Shown one piece after another: positions 25,345 through 37,386 of a stretch of 64,000 nt of DNA (its first letter is position 1; each line of letters opens with the position of its first letter). The notes under the pieces are model-generated. The model made no database searches. It was not told where the DNA came from and saw nothing but the letters and a program-made list of their open reading frames with translations. The DNA is from Calcarisporiella thermophila CBS 279.70. Lineage: Eukaryota > Fungi > Calcarisporiellomycota. The translations under genes and the position numbers were made by a program. The stretch is taken from contig NW_027192193.1 of assembly GCF_041956535.1 (NCBI RefSeq), positions 859,192 through 923,191 on the forward strand, in the 5' to 3' direction.

Positions 25345-25798
25345 TTACAACGCGACCAGGACAGCAACCGCCGCCGCGAGCCCAGCCATACCCGCCTGGG
25401 CAGTTCTCTCCGCCCCAGATGTCCTCATGGTTGCCGAGGGGGAGATGGAGCGGGACATGGAGCCAGTCATGGAGCCGGTCATGGTTCCGGTGGCAACAGA
25501 GGTGATGGGCATTGTCCCGGTGGCAGTGGAGCTTATGCTAGTTGCGTCGAGAGTGGGCATGGATACGCTGGTGCTTTCCAATGCGCTATAGGAGAAAATG
25601 CACAAATTAATCAAATGTCCTAAGCGTTTTCGAGGATGAAGTATGTACGTACAAAGATTCGGTTGCAGCATCGGCCTACATTGCGCGAAATGCATGTTTT
25701 CAAGGTTAGTGTCACAATGCCATTAAATAAGCATCGGTATTGGCCACACTTACCGCCAGGCATGCCATCAGAACCAAAGCAATCGTGGAGAATTTCAT
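25345..25798 (-). CDS. Small (102 aa) Ser/Thr/Met-rich, probably GPI-anchored cell-surface protein; 3 exons
   Basis: Exons 25798-25754, 25675-25653 and 25585-25345 total 309 nt and give MKFSTIALVLMACLA|ADAATESF|ALESTSVSMPT...RTSGAERTAQAGMAGLAAAVAVLVAL*. This has a signal peptide, a small-residue omega region and a hydrophobic tail. The ORF track misses it. Confidence 0.8.
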
Positions 25799-27451
25799 AG
25801 TGGATACTTTGTGCAGTGTAAAACGATGATTTCCTTATAAAGGGGGAGATTGTATATATATATGTATTGAGGAGGTAACGGCAGCTTCCTGAGGCTTTCA
25901 CTTTAATCTCCTTTTTATATTCTCTTCTTGCCGTTCTTGAATGATTCTTAATTTGTAGATAGCTGGGTTTAGATGCTATTAGGGCTGTTAAAGGCAGGGA
26001 TTAACCATACCCCATTTAGTAAAATCAACGAGATTCCATTCCACCCGATCGGCAACTTCTACTCGTTCAGCTACTGGCTCCCCTAAATTGGCTAAATGGT
26101 CCCTCCTCAACCGCGCCTTCAATGTGAGTTCCAAGAATGGCTGTCGATCAAAAATAAAGGCAATACAAGTTTCATTTCTCCTAGGTTATTACATCAGCAC
26201 CTTTCTTTTACAAATAGATTGAGGTTGAAGATCGTAACAGTTGAGCAACAGAGGCGATCCTTTTGCTTCCAAAGAGGAGCTCTCGTGTTAACCTATAGAT
26301 ACTCTAAATTAAACTGCAAATCCATGGCAACCTCGATCGAACACTACTAACGACTAGTGTTTATTAAGATAAAATGAGATGTGGGGGGGGGGGGGCACTG
26401 AAATGGTCAAAAAGCTTGAGTATATTGAACAAGATTTACCAATCTTGCAATAATTGGAGGGTTGTCTATCAGTTTTTTCTCTTGGTATTATTATACTTGG
26501 CCTAAATCACGTCTAGAATGCCGAAGGGAGGGGCCTGCTTTACAAGATCCTGGAAACGACAGTTAAATTTCATCACAGCTCCTTTTAATATAGAAGAGGA
26601 AGAATATCATTTATGCAATAAAATTTTCTATCTTAATCAGGCGGAATAGAAAATAATGGGGATTTTTTAGTTTTCAGATCACCACAAAAAAGAGAACAAA
26701 GTTCCCTGTCATGATGTCCACTGAAGGTTGTGCCATCGAGTCAGAGGAGAAGTGCAATAATTTTCCTGATACTTTTTTAAATATGATTGATACATATATA
26801 TAAATGATCCTTGGTAAACGATTGCTAGAGTGGCTGGTACGTAGCGCTACATTATGTCTCACCCATAATTAATCTCTAAGATTGTATATTTGAACTTGAA
26901 ATAAAATCATTAATTCTTCCAATGTGTTCTTTAAAGAACGCGCTTCATACGGCGGATGGAAGGCAGTTTCAAAGCCGCCTCTACGGAGCTTGCTTAAAAA
27001 CTACATGAACCCGGAAACCAAACACGATTTTAAAGAGCGAGGGACGGTTGAGTATTATATCCTCAAATCGGGAGGAAGAATGTTTTTTTTTAGCTGTGTT
27101 CGTAATTAATTGCAGCAAACATAACTCTCCATTTTGGGATAAAATTAAGGCATACGGCATGGGATTATGTGAAAAAGTGGAGCAGAGCATTTCCCAATTT
27201 CGCGATGATAATATATATTTAAGTATTTATTTCATACATTTTTTTTCTCTCCCACTTTAATATCCAGGTAATCAATGTGCCTCATTTTTGTTCTTGCCTA
27301 ATACAACTCTTCAGTCGTTTTTCTCTCACTCTTTTAAAATTTGCTGTTACCAAAGTTTATATAGTATCCCTATATTTCTCTCTCTCCTTGAGTTGCCTTT
27401 TTTTTTTTCCTATCTGAAGAGGGGGTCATTAGTAGTAGCTAGCAATATAAT

Positions 27452-30414
27452 ATGGGCTTATTTAACTTTAAGAAGAAGAGTAAGAAAAAGCTGAGCATAG
27501 CCAGCGAGCAGCTCCCTCGCTCCCCTTCCCCCACGAGTGCTCCTTTTTTGTCGTTAGACCTTGGAACAAACTCAACTCTATTTACTGAGGAGCAGCCGAA
27601 GTCAGCTCCAGTGGTGCGTCCAGCTGAGCAGAAAGGATCCTTCTTGGATGAAATATTAGGCGAGCTAAACACCCAGCCCGCTATTCAAAGAGAAGGTAAG
27701 CTAGAGGACCCGTTCAGACCTTCCTCTTTCTCTTCCCCATCTCTAAAACCCATGCTTATTAATACAACGTGGACCTAGTGATCACAGGGCAAAAAGCTCA
27801 AAATCCACTTCCGATAGCAAGTAACAACCTTTTTCCTGCTACGGAAAAGGGTGCTGCTACCAACACCAACCCTCTTCTTAAAACATCTTCTACCCTCAAC
27901 ACCGCTACTAAACCTATCCCAAGCTTAAGTGCCAGTGCCACTGCCAATCCCAATGCACAGTCAATAAATGATTTTGCATCAGATATTTCACTCGCCTTGC
28001 AGTTCACTAGCCGCTTATTTTCGGAAGAAACTTACACGTCCAACTCCTCCACTACCGCCCCCGTAACACCTCCAGTTACCTCTCCCAACCAAGCTCCCTC
28101 TTGGCTCAGTAACTATCGTTTTGTCAACAACCCCACCGCGACGCCAGCAAAATCAGCAACCTCGCCGCCTCGGAAGACCATCAAAAACAGCGATGACGAG
28201 TCAAGCGGCGGCGAGACAAATGGAACCACGGATACGGTCGAGCATATTCAGGAGCTAAGAGGCGTGAAAGAGGGAAGGCGCCTGGCGCGGTGTGCCCTTG
28301 AGCGTAAAGTAGAACGATGGGCCAATAAGGTTGATATCGATCCTGTAGCGGAACAAACGGCGGTGCTGGAGCGAATGAAAGATCGCCATAGACAAGAAAG
28401 CCGGTTTGTGCCTGCGCAGGAGCAGATGGATGGATATGAATGCTACCCCCCCTCTCTGGGCCCCCATGGAGAGTTAATCGAGTATCCTCCGACCCCAACT
28501 TCCCCTAGACATACGGTCCACCTTCGTAGCCATCGTGGAACATTGCTTGTCGATCCTTATGTACAAGCTGAATGTCCACTTGAGTATTATGAGGAGGAGC
28601 TACATGATGAAGACGACGTGCCCCTTGTAGTTGAGCCGGACCCGTATTCGTCGCATTTCATGAGGTCAAGGGTGCATCTTCCACACACGCACGAGGAAAC
28701 GTATAGGAAGCCTCACTCGAGAAAAAAGCATCGAAAATCGAAGCGTTTCAGTGGAGAATCAAGAGGAAAAGAGGAGGTGGAGGTGGAAGAGAGTGATTTT
28801 AATAGTGGAGATGGAAATAGCGACAGAGTCGAAGAAGAGAGAGAGGACTCAGAAGAAGAGCAGGAGGAGGAGGAGGAGAAAGTAGAGGTGGGCGAGGAAG
28901 AGGTGGAAGAGGAGGAGGAAGAAAAAGTAGGCGAAAAAGACGAGGAGAATGGTGAAGAGCGGGAAGAAGAAAGGACGCTGGAAGAAGAGGAGCGAAAGGA
29001 GGATGCTAAGATGGAGGAGGAAGATCAACAGGACACGGAGGTTGACGAGGAGGTGGAGGTAAGTAAGGATGGAAAAGAGAGAAGGAAAATGAGAGGAAAG
29101 GAGGAAAAGAGAGGAAAAAATGAGGAGGCGTTGAGTAGAGGGAGGGAACGGCAGGTGAGAAAAAGTTTTGAGGAAAGAAAGAGGAAAGACGAGAAAAGAG
29201 TTAAAGGAGGGAAGACCGAGAAGACAAAGGAAAGTTCGAGTGAGGACGAAGTAACGCAGGATGAAGTGGAGGAGAAAGTAGTAGAGAAGAGCAAGAGGGA
29301 CGGAAAGAAACGAAGAGAGGAAGAGAAGGAGGTTGACACGCGGAAAAAGCGCCACTCTGCAACAACGGTATCTGAAGAGGAGGTCCATATGGAAATGAGT
29401 GGAAGGAAGGAGAAATCTCAAGCTAAGAAGGAGGGGAAAGCAAGTTCCAAGGAGCAAGCGGTGGTTTCTCAGGGTCGACGACGTTCTAGAGTATACGATA
29501 ATCCCGAGCCGACGACAAACTCGACAGCCAAGGAAAGCGAGGTAAAGAGGCACGCGAGCTCGAATTCAAAGAAAAAAAATAAGAGCAGCCACAAAAAGAG
29601 TGCCCCAGCAGAACATAGGGCCGAGGAGCCTTCTCCAAGGGGTAGCCGAGCCCAGAGTCATCATCGCAGCAGCCGTAAACAATCGGAGCTACCTAGTGAC
29701 GACGAGGATGACCAGCCCATCAGTGAGATAGTAAATCGGCGAGTGTGGGAACGTCGCCACTCCACTCACAGCTCCCATTTTAGAAGAGATGAAGGTGGAG
29801 AGATGCCGAACGCACAGCTCTTAAGCGTGCCCAAGAAACAAATGATGCTCCGAAGGTCTCGTTCGCTTGGCAGCAGCTGTTCGATATCTCAGCGCGCGAT
29901 CCGCTCTCCATCTGTGTCGTCTGCGTCCTCCGCCTCCTCCATTGATGATTGTCGGTCGTCTCGCATTGATTCCGGTCGAGACGTCAACGAGGATTTCCCA
30001 GTTGATGAGGCCCGCCTGAGCCGATCATATCGTCCTTCGCTGCGAAACGCAGTTAGCCAGCCAAAAATGCTAGCCCAGCGAAGGAGATCCTACCTCCCTC
30101 CTCATCAGTTTGAGCCTGTTCCGCCTGTGCCTGCCCTTCCCCCTTCAACGCATGCAGCATACCCCATCAAGTATACATCGCCCTCTCTTCGACATCAGGA
30201 ATGGGGAAGAACCAGCATAAGTGGACACGTAGTTGGAGAGAGATACTGTCCCCCGCGGAATTCTTTGGCCAGCCAGGCTACCTCCAACCACCGCGCGAGT
30301 ATGGTGGGATACTATCCAACTCAGCCAGTCCAGCGATACACACGCCATCCCCAACAGCAGGTGCCGAGGTGGCATGGACCGGATCGTTATCCTCCCTCCG
30401 GCGTGCGCTGGTGA
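27452..30414 (+). CDS. Large intrinsically disordered, highly charged hypothetical protein
   Basis: Exon 1 starts MGLFNFKKKSKKK and has a GTAAGC donor at 27696 in phase with the 881-codon ORF. Contains a Glu-rich block, then a Lys/Arg/Glu block, and a short helical segment ERKVERWA...LERMKDRHRQE. Confidence 0.7.
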
Positions 30415-31502
30415 ATCTTTATTGTATGATATAGATCTTTAATTATTTTTTTCTGAACTTTTAACCCCTTGATAATATAATAATTATCATAATTCCGATA
30501 TATTCATATTGGCCACGGTGGTCAATGGCTTTGTTTTCCTCTGCTGAGTAAAGCTTTGGGTGGATGCTATTAGCTATCAAAGACAAACTTTGTTCAAATC
30601 TGTCTTTTGTCACCCGACATCAAGTCAAATTAGTATAAGAATTCCCTCCAGGTTACTTAATGGAAATTGTATAGGAGTTAAGGAACTGGTTGCAGAGTGA
30701 TACAATAGGCACCGCTAGCCCAAAGCAGTCATTAGGAAATTGTGCTTTGATGCTTATAGCCTCGGGTGCGTTGAATAAAAAAACATGGCAAAAGTCTTAG
30801 CCGGGAGGCAATGAAAGAAAATAGGTATGGATTCTTCGTGGCACTTCATATATGCTCATCTTGGCCTCCCTGTATATTCGGCGCAAAACAAGATGTGTAT
30901 AGGCTCCAAAGCCAAACGGCATCCTATCTAAGGTGCTGAGCTAGCTTTTTCCTAGCTGTTAGCATCCAGAGATGCGCCACGCTTTATCCTTAGGCCCAGT
31001 GATGGGCCGTGGATAATTCATATTTGTTTTTCAAGGTGCAGGGAGGAGCGCCACCCACAACCGGTGCATAAAGTTATTTGGATTCTGATTGCTCCCTCCG
31101 GGGTTCGGGTTTACATAGCATCTGCCAGAAAATCCAAATGTTTTGAAAATTTTGGGTCAGTGTCAATCATCCTTGGTTCTCCACTAATTTCATATTAGCG
31201 TATTTATTTATATTTATTCCCCACTATCGGACATTCCGTCATTCTTGCACTCTTCCCCTTTCATCCTCATTCTATGCTCTCTAATCCTAGCACACCTTCC
31301 TAACAGAGCTGATTCAAGTCATCCCAAACCTCTTGAATCCCTCCCCTCTATATACTTCTTGCATTCTCCTCATTCGCTATACTTTTGACTATTCTCCTGA
31401 TTTTGGTGTATATCCTCTCGTAAAGGACACTTCTTGGAAGAAGCGGAAAGGCATAGAACAAAGATTAGATTCTTCAAATAGAACCGCTTGCATCACAGAC
31501 CT

Positions 31503-33828
31503 ATGGCTGTAACCGAATTTGCAGTTGCGTCTGCTGTGGTTGGCGGGTTTATCATTCTTTTCGGATATGTTTCTCTGTTTATCAAAGAAAAGCTTTACCT
31601 ATCCGAAGCTTGTAAGTAATATGCCCTTTATTCCTGCTTCTTCTGAAATCGATTCTTCACAGACCCCACTCACCCTCCTTAACCAATTCAGTTGTGGCAA
31701 CTCTTATTGGAGTTATTTTTGGTCCGGCAGCAGCAGGAATTATCAAACCAGCTGGATGGGGTCCAACCGATGTTATTACACTTGAATTCACCAGGGTGGT
31801 GATTGCGGTGCAGGTTATGGCCGCCGGCGTAGCATTGCCAAAGTAATTACTAAAAGAAATCCTGAGAGATTATGCGTGTGCTAACATGTCTGCTATTTGC
31901 TTCATATTCCTTAAAGGGCATATCTCTGGAAGGAGCTTCGATCTCTGGCGGTGCTCCTGGTCCCAGTCATGACATACATGTGGTTGGTGAGCGGATTGGC
32001 TATCTGGTTGTTGATCCCCGGCATGAACTTTGTAAGTCGCTGCAGTCGCAATGCCACAGTTCGATGGCAACTGATTTTCTTTTTATTTGCTGTAGTTGGA
32101 GGCGCTCGTTATTGCTTCGTGTGTGGCTCCCACTGATCCTGTACTTGCAAACTCGTAAGTAGTGTTCACTACATTGCCGACTTATTTTTACCACCACTTC
32201 ATAATCGCCCTTTCTTTTTCTTTAGGATCGTAAAGGGTCGATTTGCCGAAAAACACGTCCCTCCTCACGTCCGAAACATTCTCAGTGCTGAGAGTGGTGC
32301 CAACGATGGTCGCTATTATTGATTTTTGCTTTAATCCTCCGAACCATTTTCTAATTCACATCGCGTTACTTTGCCGGACTATCCCTATAGGTCTCGGGTT
32401 CCCATTCCTACTTCTTGCCGTATATCTGCTTGAGTATTCTTCTGTCGGTGAAGCTATCGGAAGATGGATCTACATGGTGCTATTATACCAAATTGCTCTT
32501 TCCATCGTAATTGGGTTTATTGTGGGATTCGTTGCTCGTAAATTACTTTATTATGCTCGTAAACGGTATTTATTCCCAGGCTGCAAGTGCAATATAGAGG
32601 AGTTGATTTCCAATGTTATCTATTTTGCACACAGAGGATACATCGACAAAGAATCTTTCATCTCCTTCGCTGTTGCTCTTTCTTTCTTTATTGTTGGCGT
32701 TGTCACTCTAATCGGTAGCGATGATCTTCTGGTGCGTATAGGCTATTGAGGAGAGCCGTCGCTCATGAATGGTATATAACTTATGTATTTTTGCTGGTTT
32801 GTAGGCCTGTTTCATTGCTGGTAATTCGTTTACGTGGGACGACTGGTTCAGGCGTGAGACGGAAGACGCGCACATTCAAGAAGTTGTTGATATGTTGCTA
32901 AATTTAACGGTGTTTGTGTATATTGGGGCGACGATGGTAAGCATCAAGGCGCTTTCCACTCGCCCTCAGGGTTTAGTCTAACACCAGTGTCTTTTCTCGC
33001 CCCCCTTCCTCCCCTCCCACCCTCCAGCCTTGGTCTTCCTTTGCCGATGAGGCGCTCGGAATTAGCATCTGGAGACTTGTAGTTCTCGCTATCGTCATTA
33101 TCCTCTTCCGTCGGCTGCCGGCCGTTCTTGCCTTCTACAAAACGATCCCTGCCGTTGTCACGTTTCGCGAGGCAGTGTTCAGTGGCTATTTCGGCCCCAT
33201 TGGAGTGGGTGCGATTTTCTACGCTATGGTGGCTAAGGATGAGCTCCACGCAGATGGACCGCACGCTCGCGCCCACAATCTCATTACACCGGTGGTATAT
33301 TTTCTGGTGTTGAGCTCGGTGATTGTGCATGGCATCACGGTTCCACTCCTGCATCTCGGCACGAGGATTGCCACCCGGACCCTAACGCGAAGCAGCATGG
33401 TGACGGACAACCAGGTGCTGCGGCTTCCCAAACTACGGATTGGCCAGAGTCTTAGCAGAGAGCCGACTTTGAGCGTGTCGAAAGAGGATGAGCAGAAGAA
33501 TCCAGAGGAGAAGATGGATCAGCAGCAACTGTCCCAGCAAGTGTCGCGCGAAGGAGACGAGAGGAATAGCGCTTCCCCTCCTAGTTCTGGAGAAGTCGTT
33601 GAAAGGGAGGAGGCAAATGTGCAAAACGGTCCTATTGATGTGGTTGTGTACCAAGAGAACCATGATGTGGTAACGGAGGATAGAGAAGGGTATATCGTCA
33701 ATGTCGTTCGAAACTTCGACCGCAACGGCAGTGAGGGTGATAGTCGCAAAAGTTCTGCCGGGAATGGCGCGTCCACTCCCGGTCAGGTGAGTTTCGCGTT
33801 GGGCAACGAGAAAAAGCGAAGAGGGTAG
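31503..33828 (+). CDS. NHA1: Plasma-membrane Na+(K+)/H+ antiporter, CPA1 family (Nha1/Sod2 type)
   Basis: FGYVSLFIKEKLYLSEA, TRVVIAVQVMAAGVALPK, APTDPVLANS, SAESGANDG|LGFPF, GSDDLL|ACF, FRRLP, GYFGPIGVGA and SVIVHG; many short introns. Confidence 0.93.
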
Positions 33829-34465
33829 ACAGTATAGAATAAAGAAAAAAGCAAACCCCCACCACATATATATATATATACTTCTACATATAAATATAAT
33901 TTATTTATTTAATCGCTATTTATAGTTGACCTCTCCAATTTACGGTGTTCTTATACTCTTTGTTTATTTTTCTTTTTATTTTCCATTTCTTTCCTTTACC
34001 CTTCACCTCGCTGTGCTTCTCTTGTTAACTCTCTACCGATCAATAGATATCAGGGAGTATGGTTTCTATTCAAGCGGAATGGATATGGGTCTCCTGTGGT
34101 AGCCCCATATGAATATATACCGTTTCTTGGTGTTTACAATGAAAAAATAGAGAAAAAAAAGGTCGAAATAAGGCGAATGTTGAAAGAAATAAATTAATAC
34201 AAACAAACCATCCTAGATGAGGGAGAAAGAAGAGGGGGAGAGGGAACAAAAAGACGCGTAGAGAAAATAGTAATAAGAATGTTATTTAAGCATGGGTATA
34301 AAATAACCAAAAGCAATTATTATGCTCCTTATTTTTGATTTTGATAACCTCCACTCCGGCTCATCATTAAAGAAAAAATAAAAATATTGGGCTTAAATGG
34401 GAAATATACGGGGAAAGGAGAGAGGGAAGGGGGGAGAGGAGAAGTGAACCCCATTAGGATTCCAC

Positions 34466-36691
34466 TCATGCTCTTTCCTGCCGCTGCTGTTGCCGTTGCT
34501 GTTGCTCTAGCTGTTGCTGCCGACGACTAAATCCAATGGCTGCCCCATAAAGTTTCAGATAGTTAGCAGCCGCTCCATGCTTAACCCCCCAGGTCATATC
34601 CAACACGGAGGTCGCCACGGACACTAGACGCCTTTCATTTAGATCCGGAGTCTTGCTATAGGTTCGCCATTCCTCGACTGCAGCCGAGAGCGCCGAATGA
34701 AGCGAGTTGTGCTCAGAGGAAGCAGCAGAAATATCAAAAAGGTGAGCATTGGCCGAAGCAACCCCAGATGGGTATCTGGGTATGGCGGTGAGGAACTCAT
34801 GACGACCCATCTCTGGATAGTAGGCAGACACGGCCGTGGCTCCGTATAGCAGATTCTCTGCCACGTGTGAGATAAGGCTCCCCTCTAGCGGAAGAGGGAA
34901 GAACGCGTAGTCTGCAGCAGCGCGGAGCAAAGGAAGGACAGGGTCGCGAACTAGAGTAACATGGTTTGCATTTCCACGGCTGACCAGGTTCTTGAGCACC
35001 GGGCTGGCCGCGACAGCAGGATCCGATGTCGCCACCACCAACCGCGCGTCCAGCTCATTTATAGAGCGTACGGTGGCCCGAAGCACATCGGTAATCATGT
35101 CCATCTCCATGGTCTCCGGCCGTGCTTCAAAGAGGAAAATGGGGCGCGAAAGATCATTCTTCGAGAGAATTCCCTCGTCAATCAGGTAGCGTTTAGCGCT
35201 TGTTTTTGCCTCGAGCAGGGTGTGGAATCGTGACACTTCGGGTTGGACAACTTGAAAAGGGGTTTCCGTGACGGGGACTTCGCTGCCCTCGCCCTCCACG
35301 GGGGTAAGGGGGGGCGGAGGGGGCAATCTGGCTGCATACTCTTCGGGGAGAGCACTAGGCGGGAATGCCAAGGAGAGTTCCCTCAGCACTCTTGCACCAA
35401 ATGGGTCGACACCCTCGCGAAGTGAAAAACCGTGCGTCACACTTCGAAGCCGAGTGTTTGCCGCCGCGGACATCATTTGAGCCGCCACCAGCTCGTTGAC
35501 CGGCCAGTCGAAAACACCCCTCTCGATCCCGGCGAGATAAGAGGACGAGGGGAGGATAGTCAAGTCTGCCTCTTGCAGCGCGATGGCGGTCAGATATACT
35601 TGTGCATCCTGGGTAAAGTTGTGGAGGCGTGCTTCTTCTTCAAGGAGGGTGCCGTCCGAGAACAGTAGGGCCGACAGTTGTTTGCAATGCTGCAACGACT
35701 CGTGGTATGGATCATGGAGAGTGTGAACCATCGCGGGCACCGTGGCCACCCTTCCCCAGCCTCCATTGCGTGAATCACGGAGGTATCGGCCAATATTTGC
35801 GCCGAAGGGCCCATGGACGTGCACAAGATCGATTAGTCGCCGCGGCCTCAAATTGAAGAGCGGCTCATCATCGATCATATGCTTGTAGATGAGAAAAGAC
35901 GCGGCCGCCTTAGCAAAATAGAGATCGCTCCATTCGTTTGTGATTCCATCGGGGGCAGTGTATATGTTTTCGGGAGATTGCACGCGGAATGCACGTTTGT
36001 AAGGAAAAGTGTCCCCCCACGAGATCAAATACAAGTCGACGGTTTTGTTCGATGCGGGGTTCACCTTGTAGGGGATATACATCACCTTGAATTCAGTCTG
36101 CACCCTCCGTGACACCCTTCGGGGCACTGTCACGGACAAATCGAAACAGTTGCCTTTGCACTTGCCGAAGATGCCCGAGAGGAAGGAGTAGTTTGGCATC
36201 ACGACTGACACGCGGAGCCCCTGATCGAGTTGTGCGGCTGCAAGGGAGGTGACGGCATCGCCGATATCGGTTAATGAGGCCGGACCAAACTCTTTCGTGA
36301 TATGGTACACATTCTTGCCGCGCATCCTGTCGGGTAGTTTTAGTGCCTCATCCGGAGTATAGGAATGCCACGTGGTTTCAGGTTGCGGATAGGTCTGGCG
36401 TGCTGTGTGAAGATTAGCAATTTAGGGGCAAATAGGCAATTCACCGACAACACACTTACAATACTTGATATCGACATAGGGGACCCTTGGCCCATTGAAG
36501 AACGAGACGACCAGCATCAAAAAATACAGCGCTAGAACGCCCAGGAAGATCAGGTAGAATGCTTTACCGCGCCGTGCGTTCAGCCATCGGGCAGCCTTCC
36601 CATCTGTCGCCAGGACACGGTAGGGCGAGGGCGGCCGATAGTCCACGTCATCGGCGTGGAAAGGAAGTTGATTGAGGAACTGGTTGGTCAT
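34466..36691 (-). CDS. Type II membrane GT-B glycosyltransferase related to GT5 starch/glycogen synthase, with degenerate motifs
   Basis: Exon 1 36691-36460 carries a TM helix FYLIFLGVLALYFLMLVVSFF. Intron 36459-36403. Exon 2 has VYHITKEFGP...VTSLAAAQ...VSVVMPNYSFL, DLVHVHG, MVHTLHD and LRAAADYAFFP, collinear with GT5 N- and C-domains. Confidence 0.7.
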
Positions 36692-37386
36692 TCTGATGAC
36701 CGGATGACTGTTTTCTCAGGGGATGGGAAGAATGGGATGAGGATATGTACAAGAGTGGGGGGGGAGAGGGGGGCGAAGGGGAGCAACAAAGGAATGCGGA
36801 TGGAAGACTGGCGGAAAGAAAGCAAGGTTTAAAAAACATAAAATACACCGAGCGTTACGGTTGGTCAGTCCGCCTTCGAATGGAAGCGTTCTCCACACAA
36901 AACTATCCTACCGTTTGAAAAATCCCTATTTGCCTGTGGAAAACTCCTCCGACGCCGAAATATTCCAATGGGCTGTCCTCTCTTCTATATCCCTTAGTCG
37001 CTTGCCCAAATCATCTCCTACGTATAGCCCCGACATATTCACTTGTGTATCCCGCCTTGCCTGTTTACCCTGCGGATCACAGTCAATTGCAGTGCATATG
37101 GCGGCGCAATGTGGCATGATGTGACTTAGCCGGGGACCATTTTGATGGGGGGGAGGAGGTCGTTTCCTAGCAGAGGGTCGATACGCAGACTTTTATTTTC
37201 AAAGGCAATCATCCAACATGGTATACACGGAAAACAAAGCAAGAGCAGAGTAGCAGCGAAGTCAATAGGAGAAGGTAAGGGAGATAAGCATTATTACAAG
37301 AGCTGAATAATTAATAAACGTTATAAGCCAGCGAGAGCTAGAGGAAAAAGAAACAAAATATTAAATTCTTTACATTGGACAAAGGA

